In this document: piece after piece, positions 39,858 through 51,716 of the stretch
Layout of the letters: each line of letters starts with the position of its first letter
Position numbering within the stretch: position 1 is the stretch's first letter
NCBI GenBank assembly: GCA_965249575.1
Contig: OZ252244.1
Location: forward strand, 2,080,001-2,144,000
Length of the DNA stretch: 64,000 nt
Reading direction: 5' to 3'
Source: Gemmatimonadales bacterium
GTDB taxonomy: Bacteria > Gemmatimonadota > Gemmatimonadetes > Gemmatimonadales > GWC2-71-9
Notes under the pieces: generated by a model
Database searches by the model: none
Told to the model about the DNA's origin: nothing
The model's input: the letters and a program-made list of their open reading frames with translations, nothing else
Translations under genes and position numbers: made by a program

Positions 39858-40721
39858 ATGCGCTCGATCCTCATCGCAGGCTGTGGGTACGTCGGGACCG
39901 AACTGGGTCGGCGCTTGGCGCTGGCAGGGTTTCGAGTGTGGGGGCTCCGGCGGTCTCCGACCTCTTTCCCCGCCGGTGTACAGCCGCTGCTGGCCGACCT
40001 GGTCGAGCCGGAATCGATCCGGGCGCTCCCGTCCGTAGACACGGTGTTCTACACAGTCTCCGCCGGAGGTCGGGGCGAGGTGGGTTACCGCTCTGCGTAC
40101 GTTGATGGTGCTCGAAACGTCCTCGCCGCCCTGTCAAAACAACGACACCGAGTGACCCGCTTCTTTTTCGTGTCGAGCACGGCCGTGTATGCGCAGGAGG
40201 GGGGCGAGTGGGTGAACGAGGAGTCTCCGACGGACGCTGCGTCTCCGAACGCCCAGTTCCTGTTGGAGGGTGAGCGCCTATCTCTACAAGGTCCCTTTCC
40301 GGCGACGGTGGTCCGGTTTGCCGGAATCTACGGACCCGGAAGGTCGCGCCTCCTGGAGCGGATCAGGCGAGGGGAGGCAGTGTGCGTCGACGGTGCACCA
40401 GTGTACGCGAATCGGATCCATCGCGATGACTGCGCCGGCATCCTGCAACATCTTCTATATGTAAAGGAGCCGGATGCGGTTTACCTCGGCGTCGACTACG
40501 AGCCGGCCGACGCCTGTTGTGCGATGAACTGGCTGGCTGCTCGGATGGGTGTTGCGCCCCCTCCCGTCGTACCGCTGGCGGAGCCGGGCGACCGAAAGCG
40601 TCGCAGCACCAAGCGGTGTTCCAATGAGCGCATCGCGGCGACGGGCTATACCTTCGAGTATCCGACGTTCCGCGAGGGGTATGGGAGTCTGGTTTCCCAA
40701 CTTCCGCGCCTGGAGAACTGA
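39858..40721 (+). CDS. NAD-dependent epimerase/dehydratase (atypical SDR, YeeZ-like)
   Basis: IAGCGYVG, SSTAVY, RFAGIYGPGR, NRIHRDD, YPTFREG. Confidence 0.9.
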   Translation: MRSILIAGCGYVGTELGRRLALAGFRVWGLRRSPTSFPAGVQPLLADLVEPESIRALPSVDTVFYTVSAGGRGEVGYRSAYVDGARNVLAALSKQRHRVTRFFFVSSTAVYAQEGGEWVNEESPTDAASPNAQFLLEGERLSLQGPFPATVVRFAGIYGPGRSRLLERIRRGEAVCVDGAPVYANRIHRDDCAGILQHLLYVKEPDAVYLGVDYEPADACCAMNWLAARMGVAPPPVVPLAEPGDRKRRSTKRCSNERIAATGYTFEYPTFREGYGSLVSQLPRLEN

Positions 40722-40738
40722 ACGGCGTTCGTTCCCCT

Positions 40739-41668
40739 CTACGCCGCGTGCTCCTCCTTCTTCCTCCAGTATCGCGCCAGCCCGTACCATGACAGCTCCG
40801 GGGTGCCGCCTTTCTCGTACCGGCGGGCCTCTTCTTCGGAAAGCGACCGCCGGAGATCTGCCGCAACGTCCCGGGCGAAAGCGGCCGCCGCCGTCGCGTC
40901 GCTGGCACCAGCCTCGAGCGCGTCGTGCACGGAGGCGCTCCATGTGGCGAGCAGCTCCCGAAGCTGGGAGATATGCTCGCCCACACCGTCAACCGGGCCG
41001 AAATGGGTAAGTAGCAACCGCTGGGGATCCCAGGAGGATATTGCGTCGAGGCTCTCGTTCCACCCCTCGAGATGGATGTCGGGGGGCGGCGTCGGGGCCA
41101 TTACGTATCCGCAGCCGGGAAGGCGTATACCGGCGGTGTCGCCGACGAACGCACAGCCGGCTCCGCGCTCGAGATAGCCGACGTGGTGAGACGCGTGTCC
41201 GGGCGTGTACGCAACCTCCAGGTCGTGGCCGGCTACCCGTAGTGCCTCGTCTCCTGAGAGTACCCGCACGTTGGCCTCTGGCACCGGTAGGAATTCACCC
41301 CACAACCGATCCATCTGATCCCCGTAAAGGCGGACCGCGCTCCGTAACAGTCGTTCTGGGTCAATCATGTGCCGGGCGCCCTGCTCGTGCACGTAGACCT
41401 GAATCTTGGGGTTCCTCCGGACGAGGGTACCGGTGGCGCCAGCGTGATCCAAGTGAATGTGCGTGAGAAGTAGTGCCGTCAGGTCGTCGACCGACGCTCC
41501 CAGCTGAGCCAACCTTGCCTCGAGCGTCGGGAGATCGGACGTGGGGCCAGGGTCAACGAGCGCAGCTTCGTTGTCGCCTTGGATGAAATAGGATCCGATG
41601 ACGTGAGTCGTGCCGAGGTGTTCGAGGTCAATGAGCGTCGTGCCTTCGGTTATCCGTTCCAAAGTCAC
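40739..41668 (-). CDS. MBL-fold metallo-hydrolase
   Basis: LVDPGP, THIHLDHAG, TPGHASHH, GD, THFG. Start uncertain. Confidence 0.92.
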   Translation of the reverse strand: MTLERITEGTTLIDLEHLGTTHVIGSYFIQGDNEAALVDPGPTSDLPTLEARLAQLGASVDDLTALLLTHIHLDHAGATGTLVRRNPKIQVYVHEQGARHMIDPERLLRSAVRLYGDQMDRLWGEFLPVPEANVRVLSGDEALRVAGHDLEVAYTPGHASHHVGYLERGAGCAFVGDTAGIRLPGCGYVMAPTPPPDIHLEGWNESLDAISSWDPQRLLLTHFGPVDGVGEHISQLRELLATWSASVHDALEAGASDATAAAAFARDVAADLRRSLSEEEARRYEKGGTPELSWYGLARYWRKKEEHAA

Positions 41669-41840
41669 CGGCCGTGTCGTGGGGACGGTTGATACGCGCC
41701 ACTGTGAGTCTAGGCAGTCACCGCCGGACACGGAAGTCGACGTACGTCCCTGCATTCTCGTTTGCACGGTGCGGCCGCCCCGGCATAGGGATATTCTTGA
41801 GAGTCACAGTGGGGAGCCCCAGGCCGGCAGAAAGATCCTT

Positions 41841-44051
41841 ATGTCTTCCCTGTTGGAGCGTGTGCGTGAGGCTTTGGCCTCCGAATACGCCGTCGAACGC
41901 GAGATCGCGAGCGGTGGCATGGGCGTGGTCTTCTTCGCACACGACGCGGCGCTCCGCCGCCCCGTAGCCATCAAGGTTATGCGTCCGGAGTTGGCCACCG
42001 TGCGGGCGGCTGGCCGCTTCGTCCGAGAGGCGCAGATCGCTGCCAACCTGCGCCATCCGAACATCGTCCCGGTGCATCGGGCGGGCGAGGCAGCCGGCAT
42101 CTTCTACTACGTGATGGATTTCATCGACGGCGATACCCTCGCCGACCGGCTGGGAACGGGGCCGCTCGCACGAGGTGATACGGTCAAGCTGGGGCGAGAC
42201 CTCCTGGACGGTTTGGAAGCAGCCCATCGAGCTGGTGTCGTGCACCGCGACATCAAACCAGCGAACATATTCCTGCTGCCGGGCCGGGCGCTGCTCGCGG
42301 ATTTCGGTATCGCGAAACCCGGCGATGCGACCTCCGACGTGGAAACCGAGACCGGCGCGGTGGTGGGAACCCCTGCATACATGGCGCCCGAGCAAGCGGC
42401 CGGGGGCGACGTCACACCCCGGTCTGATCTCTACGCCGTGGGCGCCGTGCTAGTTGAGGCCGTGTCGGGGCGATGGTGGAGAGCGAAGGCAAAGCCGGAG
42501 CGCGCCGACTGGAAAGGGGTACCTCAGTCGCTCGTCGCCGTGCTGGAACGCGCGCTCGCGTGGTCGCCCGAAGATCGGTGGGCCGACGCACGCGCGTTCC
42601 GACGCGCACTGTGGCGGACTCGCACGCGCCGATACGTACACCGCACGGTGGCGTTGACGGCTGGCGGGGTAGTTGCTGGTGCGAGTTTGGCGTTCATCAT
42701 GCTGCAACCAAGGGCTCCTCCTCCGCTTGCGCCGACCGTGTCGGTCGCAGTGGAACCGCTCGAGTTGCGGGGGGCCTCGTCGATTCCGGCTCTGCCCGAC
42801 ACGATTGGAGCATGGCTCGTCCGAAACTTGTCCGGCTATCCGGACTTCGTCGTGCGCGGGGCTCCGGCGCCGCTGCCGTCCAGTGGCTCATCGGAGATCG
42901 TCTTGTCGGGGGTCGTGCACTCCGCCGACGACCTGGTGAGCGTTGAGCTGTGGGAAAAACCCCGGCCGGGTGGTGTAGGCGCGGTCGTGGCAGACGTAGC
43001 CGTACCGCGCGAATCGTGGGCGCTCCTGGCGGATAGTCTCGCATACTACGTGTTGCTGAGAATCTGGAGCGAGGCCAGCCCCCTCGCCGCCCACGCGGCC
43101 GCCGTCACGCAGGCGGTTGTCTCCGATCCACAGGTGGCGAGCTTCCCGGATGTCGCGGCGGGACCGCGACTTCTACCGAGTTTCGACGCGCCGCGAGGAG
43201 CAGTCGGCCTCGGTAGCGTCTTTGCGCGGATGACGCAGCGCCCGGATCTCGAACGATCCGGCCTCGTGGCCGAGTTGCTTGGCTTTTTGGCGTTAGGCCA
43301 CCTGGACTCGGCGCGAGGTCGAGCCGATCGCCTGCGGGCGCGATTCCCGGAGCAGGACGAACTCGCCTTGACTACCGCCGCGATCGAGGGTGCCTACTCG
43401 TTGGCAGACCGCGCTGCCGGGCGCACTCGGTCGGCCGCTCGCGCGGTACTAGATCGTCACTCGACTCGCCAGGGTGGGCCGGCACACCTCCGCCGGCGAG
43501 CGGCGTGGATGCTGGGTCTTCTCTCTCTTCAGGAGGGATCTCCCGCTGCTGCGGAGCGTTATGAAGGATTGTTGGCCGACGAGCCCGCGCCGGCGCCACT
43601 TGGCGCGTTCCTCCGCGCGAACAAAATGGCGGCGGGTGGAGACCAGCTCGGTGCTATAAGGGCTTCGGCTTGGCTCGTGGCGCTCGATTCCGCAGGGAGG
43701 GCGGGCGACCCGATGTTCAGAGCCCTACTTCATTTGTCTCGAGCGACCTAGTTCGAGCAGCTCGGGAATTCTGGTTTGGAAGACGCTCGCAGGGAGCTTC
43801 GTTGGCATGAAAACCTCGACATAGTCGGGTATCCGACTGGTGTCCCCCAGGCGGCGGAGATCGATTGGGCGATGGGAACCGTTGCCCGCTGGCGCCGTGC
43901 GAATCTCCTGAGGCGATCCGGCGAGATGGGGCTTGAGGCCTGCGCCGCCTATGCGGCGGTGAGTCGGCACTGGACAGGCGGCGATTCCGTGTTTGCTACG
44001 CGAGCGGACTCGGCGCGGAGGGCAACCGCGTCGCTGGGCTGCGACAAATGA
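41841..44051 (+). CDS. Hanks-type Ser/Thr protein kinase with TM and C-terminal helical domain; internal in-frame TAG at 43749-43751
   Basis: GGMGVV, VAIK, HRDIKPAN, DFG, GTPAYMAPE. ORF 43776..44051 is in the same frame. Confidence 0.9.
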
Positions 44052-44127
44052 ACCGAACCGAACCACGTCGCCCACCGGCTGCCCGCCCGTGTTCGTGGTG
44101 CGGGTCAGGGCCGCACGAGCCGGCGCC

Positions 44128-46050
44128 GTGATCTCCTGTCGTGCGTTCGGCCCTCCCCGGGTCACCATCGACGGACAGGCCCCGCCACCGGAGATTCTAT
44201 GGCGAAAGAACCTGGCGTTGCTCGTGTACCTCGCCGGGTCACCCCAATGGGCGCGGAGTCGGGAGCATCTGATTGGGTTGCTGTGGGGCGACAAGCCCGA
44301 CCGGAGCGCGCGACACTCCCTGCGAGAGGCCGTGCGGGTGCTGCGACGTGCTGGTGGCCAGGAGTTGATCCAGGCCGAGGCGGAGACGCTGAGGCTCAAT
44401 GCCGATTTGATTGCGTTCGATACCGATCGGTTCGAATCTCACGTGGGAGCCCATGACTGGCGAGCGGCAGCCGAGCTGGTCGGAGGGGAGTTCATGGAAG
44501 GGCTGGCGGTTCCCGATGCACCGCTCTTCGAGGACTGGCTTTCATCGGAGCGGTTGAGCTGGCGGCACCGATCGGTCGACGCACTTGGGAAACTCGCCTC
44601 AGAGGCGTTCGCGACGGGCGATCTGGCCACCGCGGCGAAAGCAGGTCAGCGCGCTCTCGCGTTGGCCCCGACATCGGATCGCGCTGTTCGAGTGGCGATG
44701 CGGGCGGCTGCGCTTGCCGACGACCGAAAGGGAGCCCTCGCTCGCTACGAACGCTTCGAACACCACTTGGAGGAGGCGGGAGGCTCCACGCCGGCGGCCG
44801 AGACGAAATCACTGGCCGACCGCATCCGCTCGGATCGAAAGTGGCGGCTGCCGACATACGTCGTTCAGGCCGGTTCGCGTGGAGCCGAATCTCGTAGAGC
44901 TCCACTCGTGGGGCGTGGGAATGAGCTGAGCGCGTTGCTGTCGGCGTGGGAAACGTGTCGGGGGAACGGCAAGGCATCGCTGGCTGTCATACGAGCGGGC
45001 TCCGGACTGGGGAAGACGAGGCTAGTTGATGAGATAGTGGCTCGTGCCCGCCTAGAGGGAGCCGCGCTTTCCACGTTTCACGCTGTGCCCGCAGACGAGG
45101 AGAGTCCCCTGGCTGGGCTGATGGGACTTGCGCAGGGTGGCCTCATCGACGCCGGGGGGCTCGCCGCCGCGCATGCGGGGGCGCTCGGCGCTCTCGCCGG
45201 GAAGTTGGGTGAGTGGGCGGAGCGATTCCCGAATGTGAACAGCGAAGTGGAGGCCTGGACCCCGCAGGACGCGTTTGGCGAGGTCGCTAGGGTCATCGCC
45301 GAAGAACAGCCCCTGCTACTCATCGTGGACGACGTGCAGTGGCTCGATCGGGATTCTCTGCTGGCGCTCGAAGCCGTGAACCGAGATCGATCCAGCCTGC
45401 CAATGTTCACCGTCCTCGCTTGCGACCCCGCAACGGATCGCGTGGAGGTCGATGAATTCCTCGCGCGGCTCGGGCGCGGGCAAAGTGTCGTCGCCATCGA
45501 TCTTGCGCCGCTCACGGTCGACGACGTCACCGAGCTGGCGAGGTGGGCGTTCCCCAACTACTCGCGCGAGGAACAGCAACGCGTGGCGAGGCGAGTTTGG
45601 GCAGACTCAGCCGGCCTGCCGCTACTCGCAGTCGAGTTGTATCACGCCATCTGTCTGGGGCTGGATCTCGCCGGGAGCTCTGGGGCGTGGCCCCAACCGC
45701 TCAAGACGCTCGACCAGACGCTGCCGGGCGACCTCCCCGAGGCGGTCGTCGCGGCGATACGAGTCGGATTCCGGCGCCTGACGCCAGACGCACAGCTGGT
45801 CCTGGGTGCCGCCCCCGTGTTGGGCGACCGGATCTCCGCAGAGATGATCGCGCGTGCTACCGGCCTCTCAACCGACCGGGCCGAATCGGCGTTGGACGAG
45901 TTGGAGTGGCAGCGCTGGCTCGCGTCCGACCGGGTAGCCTACTCCTTCATAGCCGGGATCGTACGACGCGTCATCGACCAAGACATGATCCCGGCCGGGC
46001 GTAGGCGCCGCTTCCTCAGCGCCGCGGGAGTGTCGGACCGTGGCGAGTGA
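44128..46050 (+). CDS. SARP/BTAD transcriptional regulator with AAA (STAND-like) ATPase
   Basis: ALLVYL..RE.L..LLW..AR.SLR wHTH; F..GL...FEDW BTAD; LVGR..EL, GLGKT, VDDVQW. Confidence 0.88.
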   Translation: MISCRAFGPPRVTIDGQAPPPEILWRKNLALLVYLAGSPQWARSREHLIGLLWGDKPDRSARHSLREAVRVLRRAGGQELIQAEAETLRLNADLIAFDTDRFESHVGAHDWRAAAELVGGEFMEGLAVPDAPLFEDWLSSERLSWRHRSVDALGKLASEAFATGDLATAAKAGQRALALAPTSDRAVRVAMRAAALADDRKGALARYERFEHHLEEAGGSTPAAETKSLADRIRSDRKWRLPTYVVQAGSRGAESRRAPLVGRGNELSALLSAWETCRGNGKASLAVIRAGSGLGKTRLVDEIVARARLEGAALSTFHAVPADEESPLAGLMGLAQGGLIDAGGLAAAHAGALGALAGKLGEWAERFPNVNSEVEAWTPQDAFGEVARVIAEEQPLLLIVDDVQWLDRDSLLALEAVNRDRSSLPMFTVLACDPATDRVEVDEFLARLGRGQSVVAIDLAPLTVDDVTELARWAFPNYSREEQQRVARRVWADSAGLPLLAVELYHAICLGLDLAGSSGAWPQPLKTLDQTLPGDLPEAVVAAIRVGFRRLTPDAQLVLGAAPVLGDRISAEMIARATGLSTDRAESALDELEWQRWLASDRVAYSFIAGIVRRVIDQDMIPAGRRRRFLSAAGVSDRGE

Positions 46051-46068
46051 GTGGCGGTCAGGCCCGGC

Positions 46069-46356
46069 CTAGAGCAGGCGGTTCATGGCAGCCGCGAGCT
46101 CGAAATCGAGCTCTGAGATCCCGCCAACGTCGTGTGTCTGAAGGTTGATCACCACCTTGTTGTAGCCGTTCGACCAGTCGGGATGGTGATTTCGCTTCTC
46201 GGCTAGCAGCGCCGCCCGTGCCATGAATCCGAACGCCTGGACGAAGTCCTCGAACTGCAGTTCCCGATGCAGCTTCCCTTCCCGAAGCTCCCAACCCTCG
46301 AGGGACGCCACTCTGGACTCTACGTCGGCGGCGGAAAGCCGTTGCCGTTTGGTCAT
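46069..46356 (-). CDS. Pterin-4-alpha-carbinolamine dehydratase
   Basis: [25 protein letters not shown]. Confidence 0.95.
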   Translation of the reverse strand: MTKRQRLSAADVESRVASLEGWELREGKLHRELQFEDFVQAFGFMARAALLAEKRNHHPDWSNGYNKVVINLQTHDVGGISELDFELAAAMNRLL

Positions 46357-46493
46357 TGCATCTCCTGAGTTGCAGGGCAGTGAAATCGGGGCCCTCTGAC
46401 GCGGGGCGTCAAGCCCGGCTCTTGATGTTCACTTGACGCACGTATGCCATCGTCCGGGCGCGGGAATTCGATGGCCCTTTCTCGGAGGAAAAC

Positions 46494-47119
46494 ATGCGTC
46501 CCTATCTCTTGTCTTTCGCGCTCAGCGCGTTCGCCCTCCCCGCGTCCAGTCAGCAGTCCTGGAGTGGGTCGCTCTCGCTCGACCGCTCGGAGGCCCTCGG
46601 TGACGAGTTTGGCGGCGGCGGGTCGCTGGGGGTTTCGGCTAGTGTCTATCGGTCGCTGGGCGCTCGGATCGCGCTCGGGCTGGAACTGGGACACACTCGG
46701 TTCGGTAGCAACACGAGCATTCTCCCGGACGCGGTGGGCCGGGGCACCGTGCTCACGGAGGAATACGGCTGGAGTGCGTGGCACGCCGCGGCCGTGGCCA
46801 GGATCAGGTTGTCGGAGGCCGGGTTCGCCCGTTCGTCATATCCGGTATTGGCGCCTACTGGACGCGCACTCGAGATCGGATCGAGGCGCGGGACGGCAGC
46901 GGCGCCCGGATCCCACTCTACGACTTCTTGCAGGGCCGAACGGAGCTGAATCCGGGTGGGAGCGTCGGACTGGACATCGAATTCCCTCCGGTGCTCCGGA
47001 GATTTCGGCTTGGCGGCCATGTGCGGTGGCACGGGATCGTCGCCATCGCCCCAAACGGTATCGGTCTCGCAGATTTCGTCACGGTTGGTGTAAGTGGGAG
47101 GCTGGCCCTGAGGCCCTAG
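46494..47119 (+). CDS. Putative outer-membrane beta-barrel protein, frameshifted near 46815
   Basis: Signal peptide; amphipathic strands; continues as GRVRPFVISGIGAY in ORF 46778..47119. Confidence 0.55.
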
Positions 47120-47134
47120 ACTCTTGCGAGAAAA

Positions 47135-47152
47135 TATTTTAAGCTTAAAATA
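47135..47152. promoter_or_regulatory. Perfect 18-bp palindrome, probable MarR operator of the abm-like operon
   Basis: TATTTTAAGCTTAAAATA, 45 bp upstream of the first gene; a MarR gene lies in the operon. Confidence 0.75.
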
Positions 47153-47196
47153 CCTCTGATTGGTTGTCACAGCGTCGCGCCTCGGGGAGGGACTTC

Positions 47197-49503
47197 GTGA
47201 AGGTCGTGACGATTGGTGGTGGTCCCGCCGGACTGTATTTCGCCATCCTCATGAAAAGCGCTGATCCCAGTCACAGCGTCACGGTGATCGAGCGAAACAG
47301 CCCCGACGACACGTTCGGCTGGGGCGTTGTTTTTTCCGATCAGACGCTCGAGAACTTCCGCGCCGCAGATCCGCCGACCTACCAGGAGATCATCGACAAT
47401 TTCGCACACTGGGACCACATCGACGTGCACTTCAAGGGTACGACGATCACGTCCGGCGGGCATGGATTCAGCGGTATCGCCCGCAAGAAACTGCTGAACA
47501 TCCTCCAGCACCGCGCCGCCGAGCTAGGCAGCGACCTCCGATTCAATCTCGATCTCAAGGACGATGCCGACCTGCGGGCCGTCGGGCTTGGAGACGCCGA
47601 CTTGGTCGTCGCGGCGGACGGGATAAACAGCCTGATCAGGCAGAAGTACTCTGCCGCGTTCGAACCCAATCTCGACGTCCGGAAGGCGAAGTACATCTGG
47701 TTGGGAACGACCCGCCTGTTCGACGCCTTCACGTTCATTTTCGTCGAGAACGAGCACGGAGTGTTTCAGGTTCACGCCTACCGCTTCGATGAGAAGATGT
47801 CGGCGTTCATCGTGGAGTGTGACGAGGAATCGTGGCGCAACGCTGGTCTGGATCGTCTGGACACGGACGGGGCAATTCGGTACTGCGAAGACCTGTTCTC
47901 AGATTGGCTGTGCGGCCACTCTTTGCAAAGTAACGCTTCCCACCTGCGCGGCTCCGCCTGGCTGAACTTCGTGAGGGTGAGCAACGCCCATTGGTTCCGC
48001 CGCAACGTCGTACTCCTCGGTGACGCCGCGCATACGGCGCATTTCTCGATTGGATCTGGTACCAAGCTCGCGATGGAGGACGCGATTGCGCTGTCCCGGA
48101 TCGTGAACTCCGAAGACGATCTGCCGCGGGCCCTCGCGTCGTATCAAGAGGAGCGGCGCATCGAGGCGCTCCGGCTCCAGAACGCGGCCGGGAACTCGAT
48201 GGAGTGGTTCGAGAACGTCAAGCGGTACATGGCGCTGGATCCGGAGCAGTTCGCGTATAGCCTCCTCACTCGGAGCCAGCGCGTTAGCCACGAGAACTTG
48301 CGCCTTCGGGACGGCCCGTATCTCGAGGGTGTCGAACGGTGGTTCGCCAGCCGGGCGAGCGGAGGGGATACGGATAAACCGCCGCCGCCAATGTTCACTC
48401 CGCTCACGCTGCGCGGTATGACGCTCCACAACAGGCTGGTGGTGTCACCGATGGATATGTATTGCGCGAAGGACGGGACTCCGAACGACTTCCACCTCGT
48501 TCACCTCGGCAGCCGGGCCCTTGGCGGAGCGGCCCTTGTCATGACGGAGATGACCTGCGTGTCGCCGGAAGGAAGGATCACCCCGGGCTGCACGGGGATG
48601 TACGCAGCGGAGCACGTCGAAGCGTGGCAGCGGATCGTGACGTTTGTCCACGACTGGACGCAGGCAAAGATCTGTTTCCAGCTCGGTCACTCTGGTCGGA
48701 AGGGCTCCACGAAGCTCATGTGGGAAGGCATGGACGTCCCGCTTGATGACGGGAACTGGGAGGTAATGGCACCATCGCCCATTCCCTACGGACCATCGTC
48801 TCCCGAGCCGAGGGAAATGACGAGGGCCGACATGGACCGGGTCGGGGAACAGTTCACGCGCGCGGCCGAGATGGCAGTCGACGCAGGCTTCGACATGCTG
48901 GAGCTGCACTGCGCTCACGGGTATCTCCTGTCGAGCTTCATCACGCCGCTCAGTAACGCTCGAGACGACGCATACGGTGGCAGCCTTCCCAACCGCTTGC
49001 GGTATCCACTCGAAGTCTTCTCGGCTATGCGGGCCGTCTGGCCAGACGAGCGCCCGATGTCGGTCCGAGTGTCGGCGACCGACTGGGTGGAGGGTGGGCT
49101 CGAGGGGAAGGACGCCGTCGCCGTCGCCCAGGCCTTCACCGAGGCGGGGGCCGACATCATTCACGTGTCGACCGGGCAGACCTCGGTCGACGCGGAGCCG
49201 GTCTATGGCCGGCTGTTCCAGACGCCCTTCAGCGATCAGATCCGGAACGAAGCCGGTGTGCGCACGATTGCGGTTGGTAACATCGTCGATGCCGATCAGG
49301 TAAACGCGATCATCGCTGCAGGTCGTGCCGATCTTTGCGCGCTCGGGCGACCCCACCTCAGCGACCCGCACTGGACGCTGCAAGCGGCAGCCGAGTTGGG
49401 GTATGAAGACCAGCCCTGGCCGGTTCAGTACCTGCCGGGGAAGGACCAGCTGGAGCGGCTCCTCCGGCGGCAAATGGAGATGCGAGGCAGCAGCACAATC
49501 TGA
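47197..49503 (+). CDS. abmA: Anthraniloyl-CoA monooxygenase/reductase (salicylyl-CoA 5-hydroxylase family)
   Basis: [41 protein letters not shown]; fused OYE domain (HGYLLSSF). Confidence 0.93.
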   Translation: MKVVTIGGGPAGLYFAILMKSADPSHSVTVIERNSPDDTFGWGVVFSDQTLENFRAADPPTYQEIIDNFAHWDHIDVHFKGTTITSGGHGFSGIARKKLLNILQHRAAELGSDLRFNLDLKDDADLRAVGLGDADLVVAADGINSLIRQKYSAAFEPNLDVRKAKYIWLGTTRLFDAFTFIFVENEHGVFQVHAYRFDEKMSAFIVECDEESWRNAGLDRLDTDGAIRYCEDLFSDWLCGHSLQSNASHLRGSAWLNFVRVSNAHWFRRNVVLLGDAAHTAHFSIGSGTKLAMEDAIALSRIVNSEDDLPRALASYQEERRIEALRLQNAAGNSMEWFENVKRYMALDPEQFAYSLLTRSQRVSHENLRLRDGPYLEGVERWFASRASGGDTDKPPPPMFTPLTLRGMTLHNRLVVSPMDMYCAKDGTPNDFHLVHLGSRALGGAALVMTEMTCVSPEGRITPGCTGMYAAEHVEAWQRIVTFVHDWTQAKICFQLGHSGRKGSTKLMWEGMDVPLDDGNWEVMAPSPIPYGPSSPEPREMTRADMDRVGEQFTRAAEMAVDAGFDMLELHCAHGYLLSSFITPLSNARDDAYGGSLPNRLRYPLEVFSAMRAVWPDERPMSVRVSATDWVEGGLEGKDAVAVAQAFTEAGADIIHVSTGQTSVDAEPVYGRLFQTPFSDQIRNEAGVRTIAVGNIVDADQVNAIIAAGRADLCALGRPHLSDPHWTLQAAAELGYEDQPWPVQYLPGKDQLERLLRRQMEMRGSSTI

Positions 49504-49561
49504 GTATTCGTGACGTTCAGCGCTGACACAAGACAACGCGAGGTCCGGGATTGAGCCAACC

Positions 49562-50356
49562 ATGCCAGGTGTGAGCGATCGCTATCTGACAAGCCGGCAT
49601 GCAGTCGTTACCGGTGGTGGGCGAGGAATCGGCGCGGCGATCTCGGAGCGGTTGGCGAGCCTCGGAGCCAATCTGAGCTTAATGGGCCGCGACCGCTCCA
49701 AGCTGGATGCTCACGCCGCCCTGCTGATTGGTCGGTTCGGGATTCAGGCCGAGCCCCTCGTGTGCGACGTGACGGACGCCCGCTCGGTTCGGGATGCTTT
49801 TGCGGCCGCGAACGATCGATTCGGCGTTCCCTTTGTACTGGTCAACAACGCCGGTCAGGCCGAGGGCCTTGCGTTTGCGGAAATGACGCGTGAGCTGTGG
49901 GATCGGATGCTCGCCGTGAATCTCACTGGCACCTACAGCTGCATGCGCGCGGTGCTGCCCGCGATGATCGAGGCGCAAACGGGGCGAGTGATCAATATCG
50001 CGTCTACGGCCGGGCTCAAGGGTTACGGTAGGCTGGCCGCCTACTGCGCTTCCAAGCACGGAGTGATCGGCTTGACGAAGGCGGTTGCCATGGAAACGGC
50101 AAAGCTGGGCGTGACGGTGAACGCGGTCTGTCCCGGCTACACGGATACCGACATGGCTCAGGCCGCGGTCGACAACATTGTGCGTGGCCTCGGCAAGACT
50201 CCGGACGAGGCGCTGCAGATGATCGTTCGAACCATGCCGCGCGGAAAGCTCATCGCCCCCTCGGAAGTCGCCGATGCGGTGGGTTGGTTGTGTGCTCCGG
50301 GAAGCGATGCAGTCACGGGTCAGGCCATCGCCGTGGCCGGCGGCGAGGTGATGTGA
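49562..50356 (+). CDS. SDR oxidoreductase of the aminobenzoate cluster
   Basis: TGGGRGIG, NNAG, YCASK, CPGYTDT. Confidence 0.92.
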   Translation: MPGVSDRYLTSRHAVVTGGGRGIGAAISERLASLGANLSLMGRDRSKLDAHAALLIGRFGIQAEPLVCDVTDARSVRDAFAAANDRFGVPFVLVNNAGQAEGLAFAEMTRELWDRMLAVNLTGTYSCMRAVLPAMIEAQTGRVINIASTAGLKGYGRLAAYCASKHGVIGLTKAVAMETAKLGVTVNAVCPGYTDTDMAQAAVDNIVRGLGKTPDEALQMIVRTMPRGKLIAPSEVADAVGWLCAPGSDAVTGQAIAVAGGEVM

Positions 50357-50883
50357 GAGGGCTCCGGTCGGACGCGGCGAATCGTGTCGAACCGCCGGGT
50401 ACAGCGGAAGCGAGCCAGGATGGCCGTACGGCGCTTCGGGTTTGGCTACGGCTCCTCTCGTCAGCCAACTTGATAGAGCGAGGTATACGGCGCCGTCTGC
50501 GCAGGCACTTCTCTACGACCCTTCCGCGATTCGACGTATTGGCGCAACTGCACCACGCCGCCGGAGAGGGCAAAGGATGGCTCACGATGAGCGAGCTGTC
50601 CCGCCGGCTGATGGTGAGCAACGGCAACGTGACGGGCCTAACGGAGCGATTGGTGCGCGAGGGGCTGGTGAGTCGAAACACGTCTCCCACCGACGCGCGC
50701 ACCCAGCTCGTACGACTCACTTCAGCGGGGACGCGGGCGTTCGAATCCATGACACCGATGCATCGCTGTTGGATCGAACGCATGTTCGCGGGACTCACGC
50801 CCGGTGAGACGGCCGCGTTGCATGAACTGATCGGAAAACTGAAGGAATCGGTTGAAACCGCTTCCAGGGAGGACGGAGTCTAG
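50353..50883 (+). CDS. MarR family transcriptional regulator
   Basis: [36 protein letters not shown]. Confidence 0.92.
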   Translation: MRGLRSDAANRVEPPGTAEASQDGRTALRVWLRLLSSANLIERGIRRRLRRHFSTTLPRFDVLAQLHHAAGEGKGWLTMSELSRRLMVSNGNVTGLTERLVREGLVSRNTSPTDARTQLVRLTSAGTRAFESMTPMHRCWIERMFAGLTPGETAALHELIGKLKESVETASREDGV

Positions 50884-51716
50884 TGAGCACGGGCATCAGC
50901 GCTTCCGAGATCACGCCGCGTAATTTTGGGTGGCAGGTCGACGGGAAGGTGGCCATCGTTACCCTGAACTGGCCCGAGCGAAAGAACCCGCTCACCTTCG
51001 AGTCGTACGCGGAGTTGCGCGACACGTTTCGTCGCCTGGCATATGTCGATGAGGTCAAGGTGGTCGTTGTAACCGGGGCCGGAGGAAATTTTTGCTCGGG
51101 CGGCGACGTCCACGACATCATCGGTCCCTTGGTCGAGATGCGATCATCGGGGCAGACGGATGGATTGCTCCGTTTCACGCGCATGACCGGAGACCTGGTC
51201 AAGGCGATGAGGGCGTGCCCACAGCCCATCGTTGCGGCGATCGACGGTACGTGCGTTGGCGCGGGTGCGATCCTGGCGATGGCGGCGGATTTGCGGGTAG
51301 GGACGCGGCGAAGCAAGGTGGCGTTCCTGTTCGTTCGAGTGGGGCTGTCCGGGGCGGACATGGGGGCGTGCGCGATACTTCCGCGAATCGTCGGCCACGG
51401 ACGGGCGAGCGAGCTTTTGTATACCGGGCGATCGATGGCCGGTGAAGAAGCCGAGCGCTGGGGCTTCTACAACACGCTCTCCGAGCCGGACCGTGTGCTC
51501 GACGATGCGCTCGAGCGGGCGCGTGCCCTCGCTGCCGGCCCAACCTTCGCACACGCGATGACCAAGAGATGCCTGCATCAAGAGTGGAGCATGGGTATCG
51601 AGGAGGCCATCGAGGCGGAGGCCCAGGCTCAGGCCATCTGCATGCAAACCGAGGACTTCGCACGAGCCTATCAGGCGTTCGCGTCGAAGCAGCAACCCGT
51701 GTTCGAGGGCAACTAG
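50883..51716 (+). CDS. Enoyl-CoA hydratase/isomerase family protein
   Basis: [34 protein letters not shown]. Confidence 0.93.
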   Translation: MSTGISASEITPRNFGWQVDGKVAIVTLNWPERKNPLTFESYAELRDTFRRLAYVDEVKVVVVTGAGGNFCSGGDVHDIIGPLVEMRSSGQTDGLLRFTRMTGDLVKAMRACPQPIVAAIDGTCVGAGAILAMAADLRVGTRRSKVAFLFVRVGLSGADMGACAILPRIVGHGRASELLYTGRSMAGEEAERWGFYNTLSEPDRVLDDALERARALAAGPTFAHAMTKRCLHQEWSMGIEEAIEAEAQAQAICMQTEDFARAYQAFASKQQPVFEGN

